Below are positions 46,601 through 58,600 of a stretch of 64,000 nucleotides of DNA, one piece after another. The DNA comes from Rebecca billardiae RCC1528 (lineage: Eukaryota > Protista > Haptophyta): NCBI GenBank assembly GCA_965240325.2, contig OZ251248.1:496001-560000 (forward strand). The letters are read 5' to 3'. The first letter of the stretch is position 1, and every line of letters begins with the position of its first letter. The position numbers and the translations under genes are program-made. The notes beneath the pieces were generated by a model that saw only the letters and a list, made by a program, of their open reading frames with translations, did no database searches and had not been told where the DNA came from.

Positions 46601-49600
46601 GGCGGTGGGGCCGACGGCGGCGGAAGCGGCGGTGACGACGGCAGCGGCGACGGCGGCGGGCTCGGCGGCGAGGGCGGCGGGAACGGCTCTGTACGAGGAG
46701 GCGGCGGTGGCGCCGGAGGTGGCGATGGCGGCGGGGATGGGGCGGGGCTCGGCGGCGGCGACGGCGGCGGCGCTGGCGGCGACGGGCTCGGCGGTGGGCT
46801 TGGCGACACAGCCGGCGGCGGGGACGGTGGCGGCGCAGGTGGTTGCTCAGGTGGCGGCGCGGGCGGCGGCGACGGTGGTGGTGCGAGCGGCGGCGGCGAC
46901 GGTGGCGGTGCTGGCGGTGGCGACGGCGCTGGGCTTGGCGGGGGTGAAGGCGGCGGAAAGGGCGGCGGGGCGCTCGGTGGACGGAACGGAGGCGGCGAGG
47001 GCGGCGGCGATGGCGGCGGGGCCGGCAGTGGCGCGGGCGGAGGAGAGGGCGGCGGCGAGGGCAGCGGCGGCACGGGCGGAGACAGCGGGGGCGGCGACGG
47101 TGGTGGAGACGGTGGCGGCACAGGCGGCAGCGCCGAGGGCGGCGGTGCCGGCGGCGGCGACGGCGGAGGCGACGGCGGCGGGCTCGGTGGCGACGGTGGC
47201 GGGTACGGTGCCGTGCGAGGAGGCGGCGGGGGCGCCGGAGGGGGTGACGGCGGCGGCGATGGCACCGGGCTCGGCGGCGGTGAAGGCGGCGGGGCGGGCG
47301 GCGGCGGGCTCGGCGGCGGTGAAGGCGGCAGGCTGGGCGGCGGGCTCGGTGGCGGGCTCGGCGGTGGGCTCGGAGGCGGGCTTGGCGAGGCCGCAGGCGG
47401 TGGCGACGGTGGGGGCAGCGGCGGCTGCGCGGGCGGTGGCGATGGTGGCGGCTGTGGCGACGGCGACGGTGGCGGCGACGGCGGCGGCAACGGCGGCGGC
47501 ACTGGCGGAGGCGCCAATGGCGGCCGTGACGGCGGTGGCGACGGCGGTGGCGACGGCGGCGGGGGCGACGGTGGCGGAAGCGGCGGCGGCGATGGCGGAG
47601 GCGACGGCGGCGGGCTCGGCGGTGACGGTGGCGGGAACGGTGCCGTGCGAGGAGGCGGCGGGGGCGCCGGAGGTGGTGACGGCGGCGGCGATGGCACCGG
47701 GCTCGGCGGCGGTGAAGGCGGCGGCGCGGGCGGCGGCGGGCTCGGCGGCGGTGAAGGCGGCAGGCTGGGCGGCGGGCTCGGTGGCGGGCTCGGCGGTGGG
47801 CTCGGTGGCGGGCTCGGCGAGGCCGCAGGCGGTGGCGACGGTGGGGGCAGCGGTGGCTGCGCGGGCGGTGGCGATGGTGGAGGCTGTGGCGACGGCGACG
47901 GTGGCGGCGATGGCGGCGGCGATGGCGGCGGCACTGGCGGAGGCGGCAACGGCGGCGGCGACGGCGGAGGCGACGGCGGCGGCGTCGGCGGCGGGGGCGA
48001 CGGTGGCGGAAGCGGCGGCGGCGATGGCGGAGGCGACGGCGGCGGGCTCGGTGGCGACGGTGGCGGGTACGGTGCCGTGCGAGGAGGCGGCGGGGGCGCC
48101 GGAGGGGGTGACGGCGGCGGCGATGGCGCCGGGCTCGGCGGCGGTGAAGGCGGCGGCGCGGGCGGCGGCGGGCTCGGCGGCGGTGAAGGCGGCAGGCTGG
48201 GCGGCGGGCTCGGTGGCGGGCTCGGCGGTGGGCTCGGAGGCGGGCTCGGCGAGGCCGCAGGCGGTGGCGACGGCGGGGGCAGCGGCGGCTGCGCGGGCGG
48301 TGGCGATGGTGGCGGCTGTGGCGACGGCGACGGTGGCGGCGATGGCGGCGGCGATGGCGGCGGCACTGGCGGAGGCGCCAACGGCGGCGGCGACGGCGGA
48401 GGCGACGGCGGTGGCGTCGGCGGCGGGGGCGACGGTGGCGGAAGCGGCGGCGGCGATGGCGGAGGCGACGGCGGCGGGCTCGGCGGTGACGGTGGCGGAA
48501 ACGGTGCCGTGCGAGGAGGCGGCGGGGGCGCCGGAGGTGGTGACGGCGGCGGCGATGGCGACGGGCTCGGCGGCGGTGAAGGCGGCGGCGCGGGCGGCGG
48601 CGGGCTCGGCGGCGGTGAAGGCGGCAGGCTGGGCGGCGGGCTCGGTGGCGGGCTCGGCGGTGGGCTCGGAGGCGGGCTCGGCGAGGCCGCAGGCGGTGGC
48701 GACGGCGGGGGCAGCGGCGGCTGCGCGGGCGGTGGCGATGGTGGCGGCTGTGGCGACGGCGACGGTGGCGGCGATGGCGGCGGCGATGGCGGCGGCACTG
48801 GCGGAGGCGGCAACGGCGGCGGCGACGGCGGAGGCGACGGCGGCGGCGTCGGCGGCGGGGGCGACGGTGGCGGAAGCGGCGGCGGCGATGGCGGAGGCGA
48901 CGGCGGCGGGCTCGGCGGTGACGGTGGCGGAAACGGTGCCGTGCGAGGAGGCGGCGGGGGCGCCGGAGGTGGTGACGGCGGCGGCGATGGCGACGGGCTC
49001 GGCGGCGGTGAAGGCGGCGGCGCGGGCGGCGGCGGGCTCGGCGGCGGTGAAGGCGGCAGGCTGGGCGGCGGGCTCGGTGGCGGGCTCGGCGGTGGGCTCG
49101 GAGGAGGGCTTGGCGAGGCCGCAGGCGGTGGCGACGGTGGGGGCAGCGGCGGCTGCGCGGGCGGTGGCGATGGTGGCGGCTGTGGCGACGGCGACGGTGG
49201 CGGCGACGGCGGCGGCGATGGCGGCGGCACTGGCGGAGGCGCCAATGGCGGCCGTGACGGCGGAGGCGACGGCGGTGGCGACGGCGGCGGGGGCGACGGT
49301 GGCGGAAGTGGCGGCGGCGACGGCGGAGGCGACGGCGGCGGGCTCGGTGGCGACGGTGGCGGGTACGGTGCCGTGCGAGGAGGCGGCGGGGGCGCCGGAG
49401 GTGGTGACGGCGGCGGCGATGGGGCCGGGCTCGGCGGCGGTGAAGGCGGCGGCGCGGGCGGCGGCGGGCTCGGCGGCGGTGAAGGCGGCAGGCTGGGCGG
49501 TGGGCTCGGTGGCGGGCTCGGCGGTGGGCTCGGAGGCGGGCTCGGTGAAGCCGCAGGCGGTGGCGACGGTGGGGGCAGCGGCGGCTGCGCGAACGGTGGC

Positions 49601-52600
49601 GATGGAGGCGGCTGTGGCGACGGTGACGGTGGCAACGATGGCGGCGGTGATGGCGGCGGCACTGGCGGAGGCGGCAACGGCGGCGGCGACGGCGGAGGCG
49701 ACGGCGGCGGCGTCGGCGGCGGGGGCGACGGTGGCGGAAGCGGCGGCGGCGACGGCGGAGGCGACGGCGGCGGGCTCGGTGGCGACGGTGGCGGGAGCGG
49801 TGCCGTGCGGGGAGGCGGCGGGGGCGCCGGAGGAGGTGACGGCGGCGGCGATGGCGCAGGGCTCGGCGGCGGTGAAGGCGGCGGCGCGGGCGGCGGCGGG
49901 CTCGGCGGCGGTGAAGGCGGCAGGCTGGGCGGTGGGCTCGGTGGCGGGCTCGGCGGTGGGCTCGGAGGCGGGCTCGGTGAAGCCGCAGGCGGTGGCGACG
50001 GTGGGGGCAGCGGCGGCTGCGCGAACGGTGGCGATGGAGGCGGCTGTGGCGACGGCGACGGTGGCGGCGATGGCGGCGGCGATGGCGGCGGCACTGGCGG
50101 AGGCGCCAATGGCGGCCGTGACGGCGGAGGCGACGGCGGCGGCGACGGCGGCGGGGGCGACGGTGGCGGAAGCGGCGGCGGCGACGGCGGAGGCGACGGC
50201 GGCGGGCTCGGTGGCGACGGTGGCGGGTACGGTGCCGTGCGGGGAGGCGGCGGGGGCGCCGGAGGTGGTGACGGCGGCGGCAATGGCGCAGGGCTCGGCG
50301 GCGGTGAAGGCGGCGGCGCGGGCGGCGGCGGGCTCGGCGGCGGTGAAGGCGGCAGGCTGGGCGGCGGGCTCGGCGGCGGGCTCGGCGGTGGGCTCGGAGG
50401 CGGGCTCGGCGAGGCCGCAGGCGGTGGCGACGGTGGGGGCAGCGGCGGCTGCGCGGGCGGTGGCGATGGCGGCGGCTGTGGCGACGGTGACGGTGGCGGC
50501 GATGGCGGCGGTGATGGCGGCGGCACTGGCGGAGGCGGCAACGGCGGCGGCGACGGCGGAGGCGACGGCGGTGGCGTCGGCGGCGAGGGCGACGGTGGCG
50601 GAAGTGGCGGCGGCGATGGCGGAGGCGACGGCGGCGGGCTCGGTGGCGACGGTGGCGGGAACGGTGCCGTGCGAGGAGGCGGCGGGGGCGCTGGAGGTGG
50701 TGACGGCGGCGGCGATGGCACCGGGCTCGGCGGCGGTGAAGGCGGCGGCGCGGGCGGCGGCGGGCTTGGCGGCAGTGAAGGCGGCAGGCTCGGCGGCGGG
50801 CTGGGCGGCGGGCTCGGCGGTGGGCTCGGAGGCGGGCTTGGCGAGGCCGCAGGCGGTGGCGACGGTGGGGGCAGCGGCGGCTGCGCGGGCGGAGGCGATG
50901 GTGGCGGCTGTGGCGAAGGCGACGGTGGCGGCGACGGCGGCGGCAACGGCGGCGGCACTGGCGGAGGCGCCAATGGCGGCCGTGACGGCGGAGGCGACGG
51001 CGGTGGGGACGGCGGCGGGGGCGACGGTGGCGGAAATGGCGGCGGCGATGGAGGAGGCGACGGCGGCGGGCTCGGTGGCGACGGTGGCGGGAACGGTGCC
51101 GTGCGAGGAGGCGGCGGGGGCGCCGGAGGTGGCGACGGCGGCGGCGATGGGGCCGGGCTCGGCGGCGGTGAAGGCGGCGGCGTGGGTGGTGGCGGGCTTG
51201 GCGGTGGTCTCGGAGGCGGGCTCGGCGAGGCCGCAGGCGGTGGCGACGGTGGGGGCAGCGGCGGCTGCGCGGGCGGTGGCGATGGCGGCGGCTGTGGCGA
51301 CGGTGACGGTGGCGGCGATGGCGGCGGTGATGGCGGCGGCACTGGCGGAGGCGCCAATGGCGGCCGTGACGGCGGAGGCGACGGCGGTGGCGACGGCGGT
51401 GGGGACGGCGGCGGGGGCGACGGTGGCGGAAGTGGCGGCGGCGATGGAGGAGGCGACGGCGGCGGGCTCGGTGGCGACGGTGGCGGGAACGGTGCCGTGC
51501 GAGGAGGCGGCGGGGGCGCCGGAGGTGGCGACGGCGGCGGCGATGGCGCCGGGCTCGGCGGCGGTGAAGGCGGCGGCGCGGGCGGCGGCGGGCTTGGCGG
51601 CGGTGAAGGCGGCAGGCTGGGCGGCGGGCTCGGCGGCGGGCTCGGCGGTGGGCTCGGAGGCGGTCTCGGCGAGGCCGCAGGCGGTGGCGACGGTGGGGGC
51701 AGCGGCGGCTGCGCGGGCGGTGGCGATGGTGGCGGCTGTGGCGACGGCGACGGTGGCGGCGACGGCGGCGGCAACGGCGGCGGCACTGGCGGAGGCGCCA
51801 ATGGCGGCCGTGACGGCGGAGGCGACGGCGGTGGCGACGGCGGCGGGGGCGACGGTGGCGGAAGTGGCGGCGGCGATGGCGGAGGCGACGGCGGCGGGCT
51901 CGGTGGCGACGGTGGCGGGAACGGTGCCGTGCGAGGAGGCGGCGGGGGCGCCGGAGGTGGCGACGGCGGCGGCGATGGGGCCGGGCTCGGCGGCGGTGAA
52001 GGCGGCGGCGCGGGCGGCGGCGGGCTTGGCGGCGGTGAAGGCGGCAGGCTGGGCGGCGGGCTCGGCGGCGGGCTCGGCGGTGGGCTCGGAGGCGGGCTCG
52101 GCGAGGCCGCAGGCGGTGGCGACGGTGGGGGCAGCGGCGGCTGCGCGGGCGGTGGCGATGGCGGCGGCTGTGGCGACGGTGACGGTGGCGGCGATGGCGG
52201 CGGTGATGGCGGCGGCACTGGCGGAGGCGGCAACGGCGGCGGCGACGGCGGAGGCGACGGCGGTGGCGTCGGCGGCGAGGGCGACGGTGGCGGAAGTGGC
52301 GGCGGCGATGGCGGAGGCGACGGCGGCGGGCTCGGTGGCGACGGTGGCGGGTACGGTGCCGTGCGAGGAGGCGGCGGGGGCGCTGGAGGTGGTGACGGCG
52401 GCGGCGATGGCACCGGGCTCGGCGGCGGTGAAGGCGGCGGCGCGGGCGGCGGCGGGCTTGGCGGCGGTGAAGGCGGCAGGCTCGGCGGCGGGCTGGGCGG
52501 CGGGCTCGGCGGTGGGCTCGGAGGCGGGCTTGGCGAGGCCGCAGGCGGTGGCGACGGTGGGGGCAGCGGCGGCTGCGCGGGCGGTGGCGATGGTGGCGGC

Positions 52601-55600
52601 TGTGGCGAAGGCGACGGTGGCGGCGACGGCGGCGGCAACGGCGGCGGCACTGGCGGAGGCGCCAATGGCGGCCGTGACGGCGGAGGCGACGGCGGTGGGG
52701 ACGGCGGCGGGGGCGACGGTGGCGGAAGTGGCGGCGGCGATGGAGGAGGCGACGGCGGCGGGCTCGGTGGCGACGGTGGCGGGAACGGCACCGTGCGAGG
52801 AGGCGGCGGGGGCGCTGGAGGCGGTGACGGCGGCGGCGATGGCGCCGGGCTCGGCGGCGGTGAAGGCGGCGGCGCGGGCGGCGGCGGGCTCGGCGGCGGT
52901 GAAGGCGGCAGGCTGGGCGGCGGGCTCGGCGGCGGGCTCGGCGGTGGGCTCGGAGGCGGGCTCGGCGAGGCCGCAGGCGGTGGCGACGGTGGGGGCAGCG
53001 GCGACTGCGCGGGCGGTGGCGATGGAGGCGGCTGTGGCGACGGTGACGGTGGCAACGATGGCGGCGGTGATGGCGGCGGCACTGGCGGAGGCGGCAACGG
53101 CGGCGGCGACGGCGGAGGCGACGGCGGCGGCGTCGGCGGCGGGGGCGACGGTGGCGGAAGCGGCGGCGGCGACGGCGGAGGCGACGGCGGCGGGCTCGGT
53201 GGCGACGGTGGCGGGAACGGTGCCGTGCGAGGAGGCGGCGGGGGCGCCGGAGGAGGTGACGGCGGCGGCGATGGCGCAGGGCTCGGCGGCGGTGAAGGCG
53301 GCGGCGCGGGCGGCGGCGGGCTCGGCGGCGGTGAAGGCGGCAGGCTGGGCGGTGGGCTCGGCGGCGGGCTCGGCGGTGGGCTCGGAGGCGGGCTCGGCGA
53401 GGCCGCAGGCGGTGGCGACGGTGGGGGCAGCGGCGGCTGCGCGGGCGGTGGCGATGGTGGCGGCTGTGGCGACGGTGACGGTGGCAACGATGGCGGCGGT
53501 GATGGCGGCGGCACTGGCGGAGGCGGCAACGGCGGCGGCGACGGCGGAGGCGACGGCGGCGGCGTCGGCGGCGGGGGCGACGGTGGCGGAAGCGGCGGCG
53601 GCGACGGCGGAGGCGACGGCGGCGGGCTCGGTGGCGACGGTGGCGGGTACGGTGCCGTGCGAGGAGGCGGCGGGGGCGCCGGAGGAGGTGACGGCGGCGG
53701 CGATGGCGCAGGGCTCGGCGGCGGTGAAGGCGGCGGCGCGGGCGGCGGCGGGCTCGGCGGCGGTGAAGGCGGCAGGCTGGGCGGTGGGCTCGGCGGCGGG
53801 CTCGGCGGTGGGCTCGGAGGCGGGCTCGGCGAGGCCGCAGGCGGTGGCGACGGTGGGGGCAGCGGCGGCTGCGCGGGCGGTGGCGATGGTGGCGGCTGTG
53901 GCGAAGGCGACGGTGGCGGCGATGGCGGCGGCGATGGCGGCGGCACTGGCGGAGGCGGCAACGGCGGCGGCGACGGCGGAGGCGACGGCGGTGGCGTCGG
54001 CGGCGAGGGCGACGGTGGCGGAAGTGGCGGCGGCGATGGCGGAGGCGACGGCGGCGGGCTCGGTGGAGACGGTGGCGGGAGCGGTGCCGTGCGAGGAGGC
54101 GGCGGGGGCGCCGGAGGTGGTGACGGCGGCGGCGATGGCGCCGGGCTCGGCGGCGGTGAAGGCGGCGGCGCGGGCGGCGGCGGGCTCGGCGGCGGTGAAG
54201 GCGGCAGGCTGGGCGGTGGGCTCGGTGGCGGGCTCGGCGGTGGGCTCGGAGGCGGGCTCGGTGAAGCCGCAGGCGGTGGCGACGGTGGGGGCAGTGGCGG
54301 CTGCGCGGGCGGTGGCGATGGTGGCGGCTGTGGCGAAGGCGACGGTGGCGGCGATGGCGGCGGCGATGGCGGCGGCACTGGCGGAGGCGGCAACGGCGGC
54401 GGCGACGGCGGAGGCGACGGCGGTGGCGTCGGCGGCGAGGGCGACGGTGGCGGAAGTGGCGGCGGCGATGGCGGAGGCGACGGCGGCGGGCTCGGTGGAG
54501 ACGGTGGCGGGAGCGGTGCCGTGCGAGGAGGCGGCGGGGGCGCCGGAGGTGGTGACGGCGGCGGCGATGGCGCCGGGCTCGGCGGCGGTGAAGGCGGCGG
54601 CGCGGGCGGCGGCGGGCTCGGCGGCGGTGAAGGCGGCAGGCTGGGCGGCGGGCTCGGCGGCGGGCTCGGCGGTGGGCTCGGAGGCGGGCTCGGCGAGGCC
54701 GCAGGCGGTGGCGACGGTGGGGGCAGTGGCGGCTGCGCGGGCGGTGGCGATGGCGGCGGCTGTGGCGACGGTGACGGTGGCGGCGATGGCGGCGGTGATG
54801 GCGGCGGCACTGGCGGAGGCGGCAACGGCGGCGGCGACGGCGGAGGCGACGGCGGTGGCGTCGGCGGCGAGGGCGACGGTGGCGGAAGTGGCGGCGGCGA
54901 TGGCGGAGGCGACGGCGGCGGGCTCGGTGGCGACGGTGGCGGGAACGGTGCCGTGCGAGGAGGCGGCGGGGGCGCTGGAGGTGGTGACGGCGGCGGCGAT
55001 GGCACCGGGCTCGGCGGCGGTGAAGGCGGCGGCGCGGGCGGCGGCGGGCTTGGCGGCGGTGAAGGCGGCAGGCTCGGCGGCGGGCTGGGCGGCGGGCTCG
55101 GCGGTGGGCTCGGAGGCGGGCTCGGCGAGGCCGCAGGCGGTGGCGACGGTGGGGGCAGCGGCGGCTGCGCGGGCGGTGGCGATGGTGGCGGCTGTGGCGA
55201 CGGCGACGGTGGCGGCGATGGCGGCGGCGATGGCGGCGGCACTGGCGGAGGCGCCAATGGCGGCCGTGACGGCGGAGGCGACGGCGGTGGCGACGGCGGC
55301 GGGGGCGACGGTGGCGGAAGTGGCGGCGGCGATGGCGGAGGCGACGGCGGCGGGCTCGGTGGCGACGGTGGCGGGAACGGCACCGTGCGAGGAGGCGGTG
55401 GGGGCGCTGGAGGTGGTGACGGCGGCGGCGATGGCGCCGGGCTCGGCGGCGGTGAAGGCGGCGGCGCGGGCGGCGGCGGGCTCGGCGGCGGTGAAGGCGG
55501 CAGGCTGGGCGGCGGGCTCGGTGGCGGGCTCGGCGGTGGGCTCGGAGGCGGGCTCGGCGAGGCCGCAGGCGGTGGCGACGGTGGGGGCAGCGGCGGCTGC

Positions 55601-58600
55601 GCGGGCGGTGGCGATGGTGGCGGCTGTGGCGACGGCGACGGTGGCGGCGATGGCGGCGGCGATGGCGGCGGCACTGGCGGAGGCGCCAATGGCGGCCGTG
55701 ACGGCGGAGGCGACGGCGGTGGCGACGGCGGTGGGGACGGCGGCGGGGGCGACGGTGGCGGAAGTGGCGGCGGCGATGGAGGAGGCGACGGCGGCGGGCT
55801 CGGTGGCGACGGTGGCGGGAACGGTGCCGTGCGAGGAGGCGGCGGGGGCGCCGGAGGTGGCGACGGCGGCGGCGATGGCGCCGGGCTCGGCGGCGGTGAA
55901 GGCGGCGGCGCGGGCGGCGGCGGGCTTGGCGGCGGTGAAGGCGGCAGGCTGGGCGGCGGGCTCGGCGGCGGGCTCGGCGGTGGGCTCGGAGGCGGGCTCG
56001 GCGAGGCCGCAGGCGGTGGCGACGGTGGGGGCAGCGGCGGCTGCGCGGGCGGTGGCGATGGAGGCGGCTGTGGCGACGGCGACGGTGGCGGCGATGGCGG
56101 CGGTGATGGCGGCGGCACTGGCGGAGGCGCCAATGGCGGCGGCGACGGCGGAGGCGACGGCGGCGGCGTCGGCGGCGGGGGCGACGGTGGCGGAAGCGGC
56201 GGCGGCGACGGCGGAGGCGACGGCGGCGGGCTCGGTGGCGACGGTGGCGGGTACGGTGCCGTGCGAGGAGGCGGCGGGGGCGCCGGAGGTGGTGACGGCG
56301 GCGGCGATGGGGCCGGGCTCGGCGGCGGTGAAGGCGGCGGCGCGGGCGGCGGCGGGCTCGGCGGCGGGCTGGGGGGCGGGCTGGGGGGTAAGCCAGGCGG
56401 TGGCGAGGGCGGCGGTGTTGGTGGCGTCGATGGCGGTGGAGATGGCGGCGGCGACGGCGGCGGCGATGGCGGCGGCGATGGCGGCGCAGCGGGTGGCTCG
56501 AACGGAGCGCCAAGGCTAGGCGGTGGCGACGGCGGTGGTGACGGGGGCGCGCTGGGCGGCGGCGATGGCGGCGGGGCAGGCGGGTCCGCCGGCGGCTGTG
56601 ATGGCGGCGGCGATGGTGGAGGCGAGGGCGGCGGTGAGGGCGGCGGCTGAGGCGGCGGCGAGGGCGGCGGCGAGGGCGGCGGCGAGGGTGGCGGAGCAGG
56701 CGGTGGCGAGGGCGGTGGCGAGGGCGGTGGCGAGGGCGGTGGCGAGGGCGGCGGCGAGGGCGGAGACGGCGGCGGGAAGGGCGCTGCACGTGGAGGCGGG
56801 GGCGGTGCCGGCGGCGGACTTGGTGGAGGCGACGGCGGTGGTCTAGGGGGTGGCGAAGGCGGCGGTGTCGGCGGCGGCGGGCTCGGCGGCGGGCTCGGCG
56901 GCGGGATGGGTGGTGAAGACGGGGGTGGCGACGGCGGTGGCTTAGGTGGCGGTACCGGGGGACGGCGAGGCGGCGGCGAGGGAGGCGGTGACGGAGGCGG
57001 TTGCGGCGGCTGCGCTGGTGGGGGGGACGGTGGCGGCGACGGCGACTCTGCCAGTGGTGGCGGAGATGGCGGCGGGGAGGGTGGCGGTTGCGGCGGCTGG
57101 GCAGGCGGCGGCGACGGCGGCGGCGAAGGCGGCGGGGAGGGCGGAGGCGAAGGCGGTGGGCTCGGTGGCAACGGCGGAGGTGACGGCGGCGGCGCCGGCG
57201 GCGGCGATGGCGGCGGTGCTGGCGGTGGTGACGGCGGCGGCTGTGGAGGCGACAGCGGCGGCGGGCTCGGCGGCGGGCTCGGCGGTGGGCTCGGCGGTGA
57301 CGATGGCGGCGGCGACGGGGGCGGCCGCGGCAGAGGCGACGGCGGCGGCGACGGCGGCGGGCTCGGCGGCGGGCTGGGCGGGGGCGACGGCGGGGGCGAT
57401 GGCGGAGGCGCAGGTGGCGGTGACGGTGGCGGGCTGGGTGGGGGCGTGGGCGGCACGCCCGGCGGTGGGCTAGGTGGCGGGCTCGGTGGCGGCGCTGGCG
57501 GTGGTGGGCTTGGGGGCGGTGCCGGCGGCATCGCTGGAGGAGGCGACGGCGGAGGCAAGGGCGGTGGCGAAGGGGGTGGCGATGGCGGCGGCGACGGCGG
57601 GGGGCTCGGTGGCGAGGGCGGCGGGAAGGGAAAAGCGCGCGGCGGCGGCGGCGGGGCGGGCGGCGGCGACGGCGGCGGCGATGGCGGTGGGAATGGCGGT
57701 GGGAGCGGAGGCGGCGATGGCGGTGGCGGCGACGGTGGCGGCGATGGCGGCGGCAGGGGAGGTGGGCTGGGCGGAGGGCTCGGAGGCGGCAGCGGTGGTG
57801 GCGATGGTGGCGGCCGTGGCTGCGGCGAGGGTGGCGGCGAGGGCGGTGGCGAGGGCGGCGGCGACGGAGGCGGCGAGGGCGGCGGCGAGGGCGGCGGCGA
57901 GGGCGGCGGCGACGGAGGCGGCGAGGGCGGCGGCGAGGGCGGCGGCGAGGGCGGCGGCGACGGAGGCGGCGACGGAGGCGGCGAGGGCGGCGGCGAGGGC
58001 GGCGGCGACGGAGGTGGCGACGGAGGCGGCTGGGGCGGCGGCGAGGGCGGAGGCGATGGCGGCGGCAGGGGCGCGGGGCTCGGCGGCGGACTCGGCGGCG
58101 GCGAAGGCGGTGGCTGCGGCGGCGTGGCTGGCGGTGGGCTGGGCGGCGGCGACGGCGGTGGGCTCGGAGGTGGCGTCGGCGGTGCAAGAGGTGGCGGCGA
58201 GGGCGGCGGCGTGGGCGGTGGCGGCGACGGCGGTGGGCTTGGCGGAGGGCTCGGCGGCGGTGAAGGCGGTGGCACGGGCGATGGCGACGGCGGGGGGCTC
58301 GGCGGGGGACTTGGCGGCGCAGACGGTGGCGGCGAGGGCGGAGGACGGGGCGGTGGGCTTGGCGGTGGGAGCGGTGGCGGCGGGGAGGGCGGCGGCGAGG
58401 GTGGCAGGGACGGCGGAGGGCTTGGCGGCGGCGCGGGTGGCGGTGGGCTCGGCGGCGGCGTGGGCGGCGGTGACGGCGGTAGCGCGGGCGGCGGCGACGG
58501 TGGCGGCGACGGTGGCGGCGACGGTGGCGGCGAAGGCGGGGGATGCGGCGGCGGCGGCGAGGGCGGTGGGCTCGGCGGAGGACTTGGCGGTGGTGACGGC

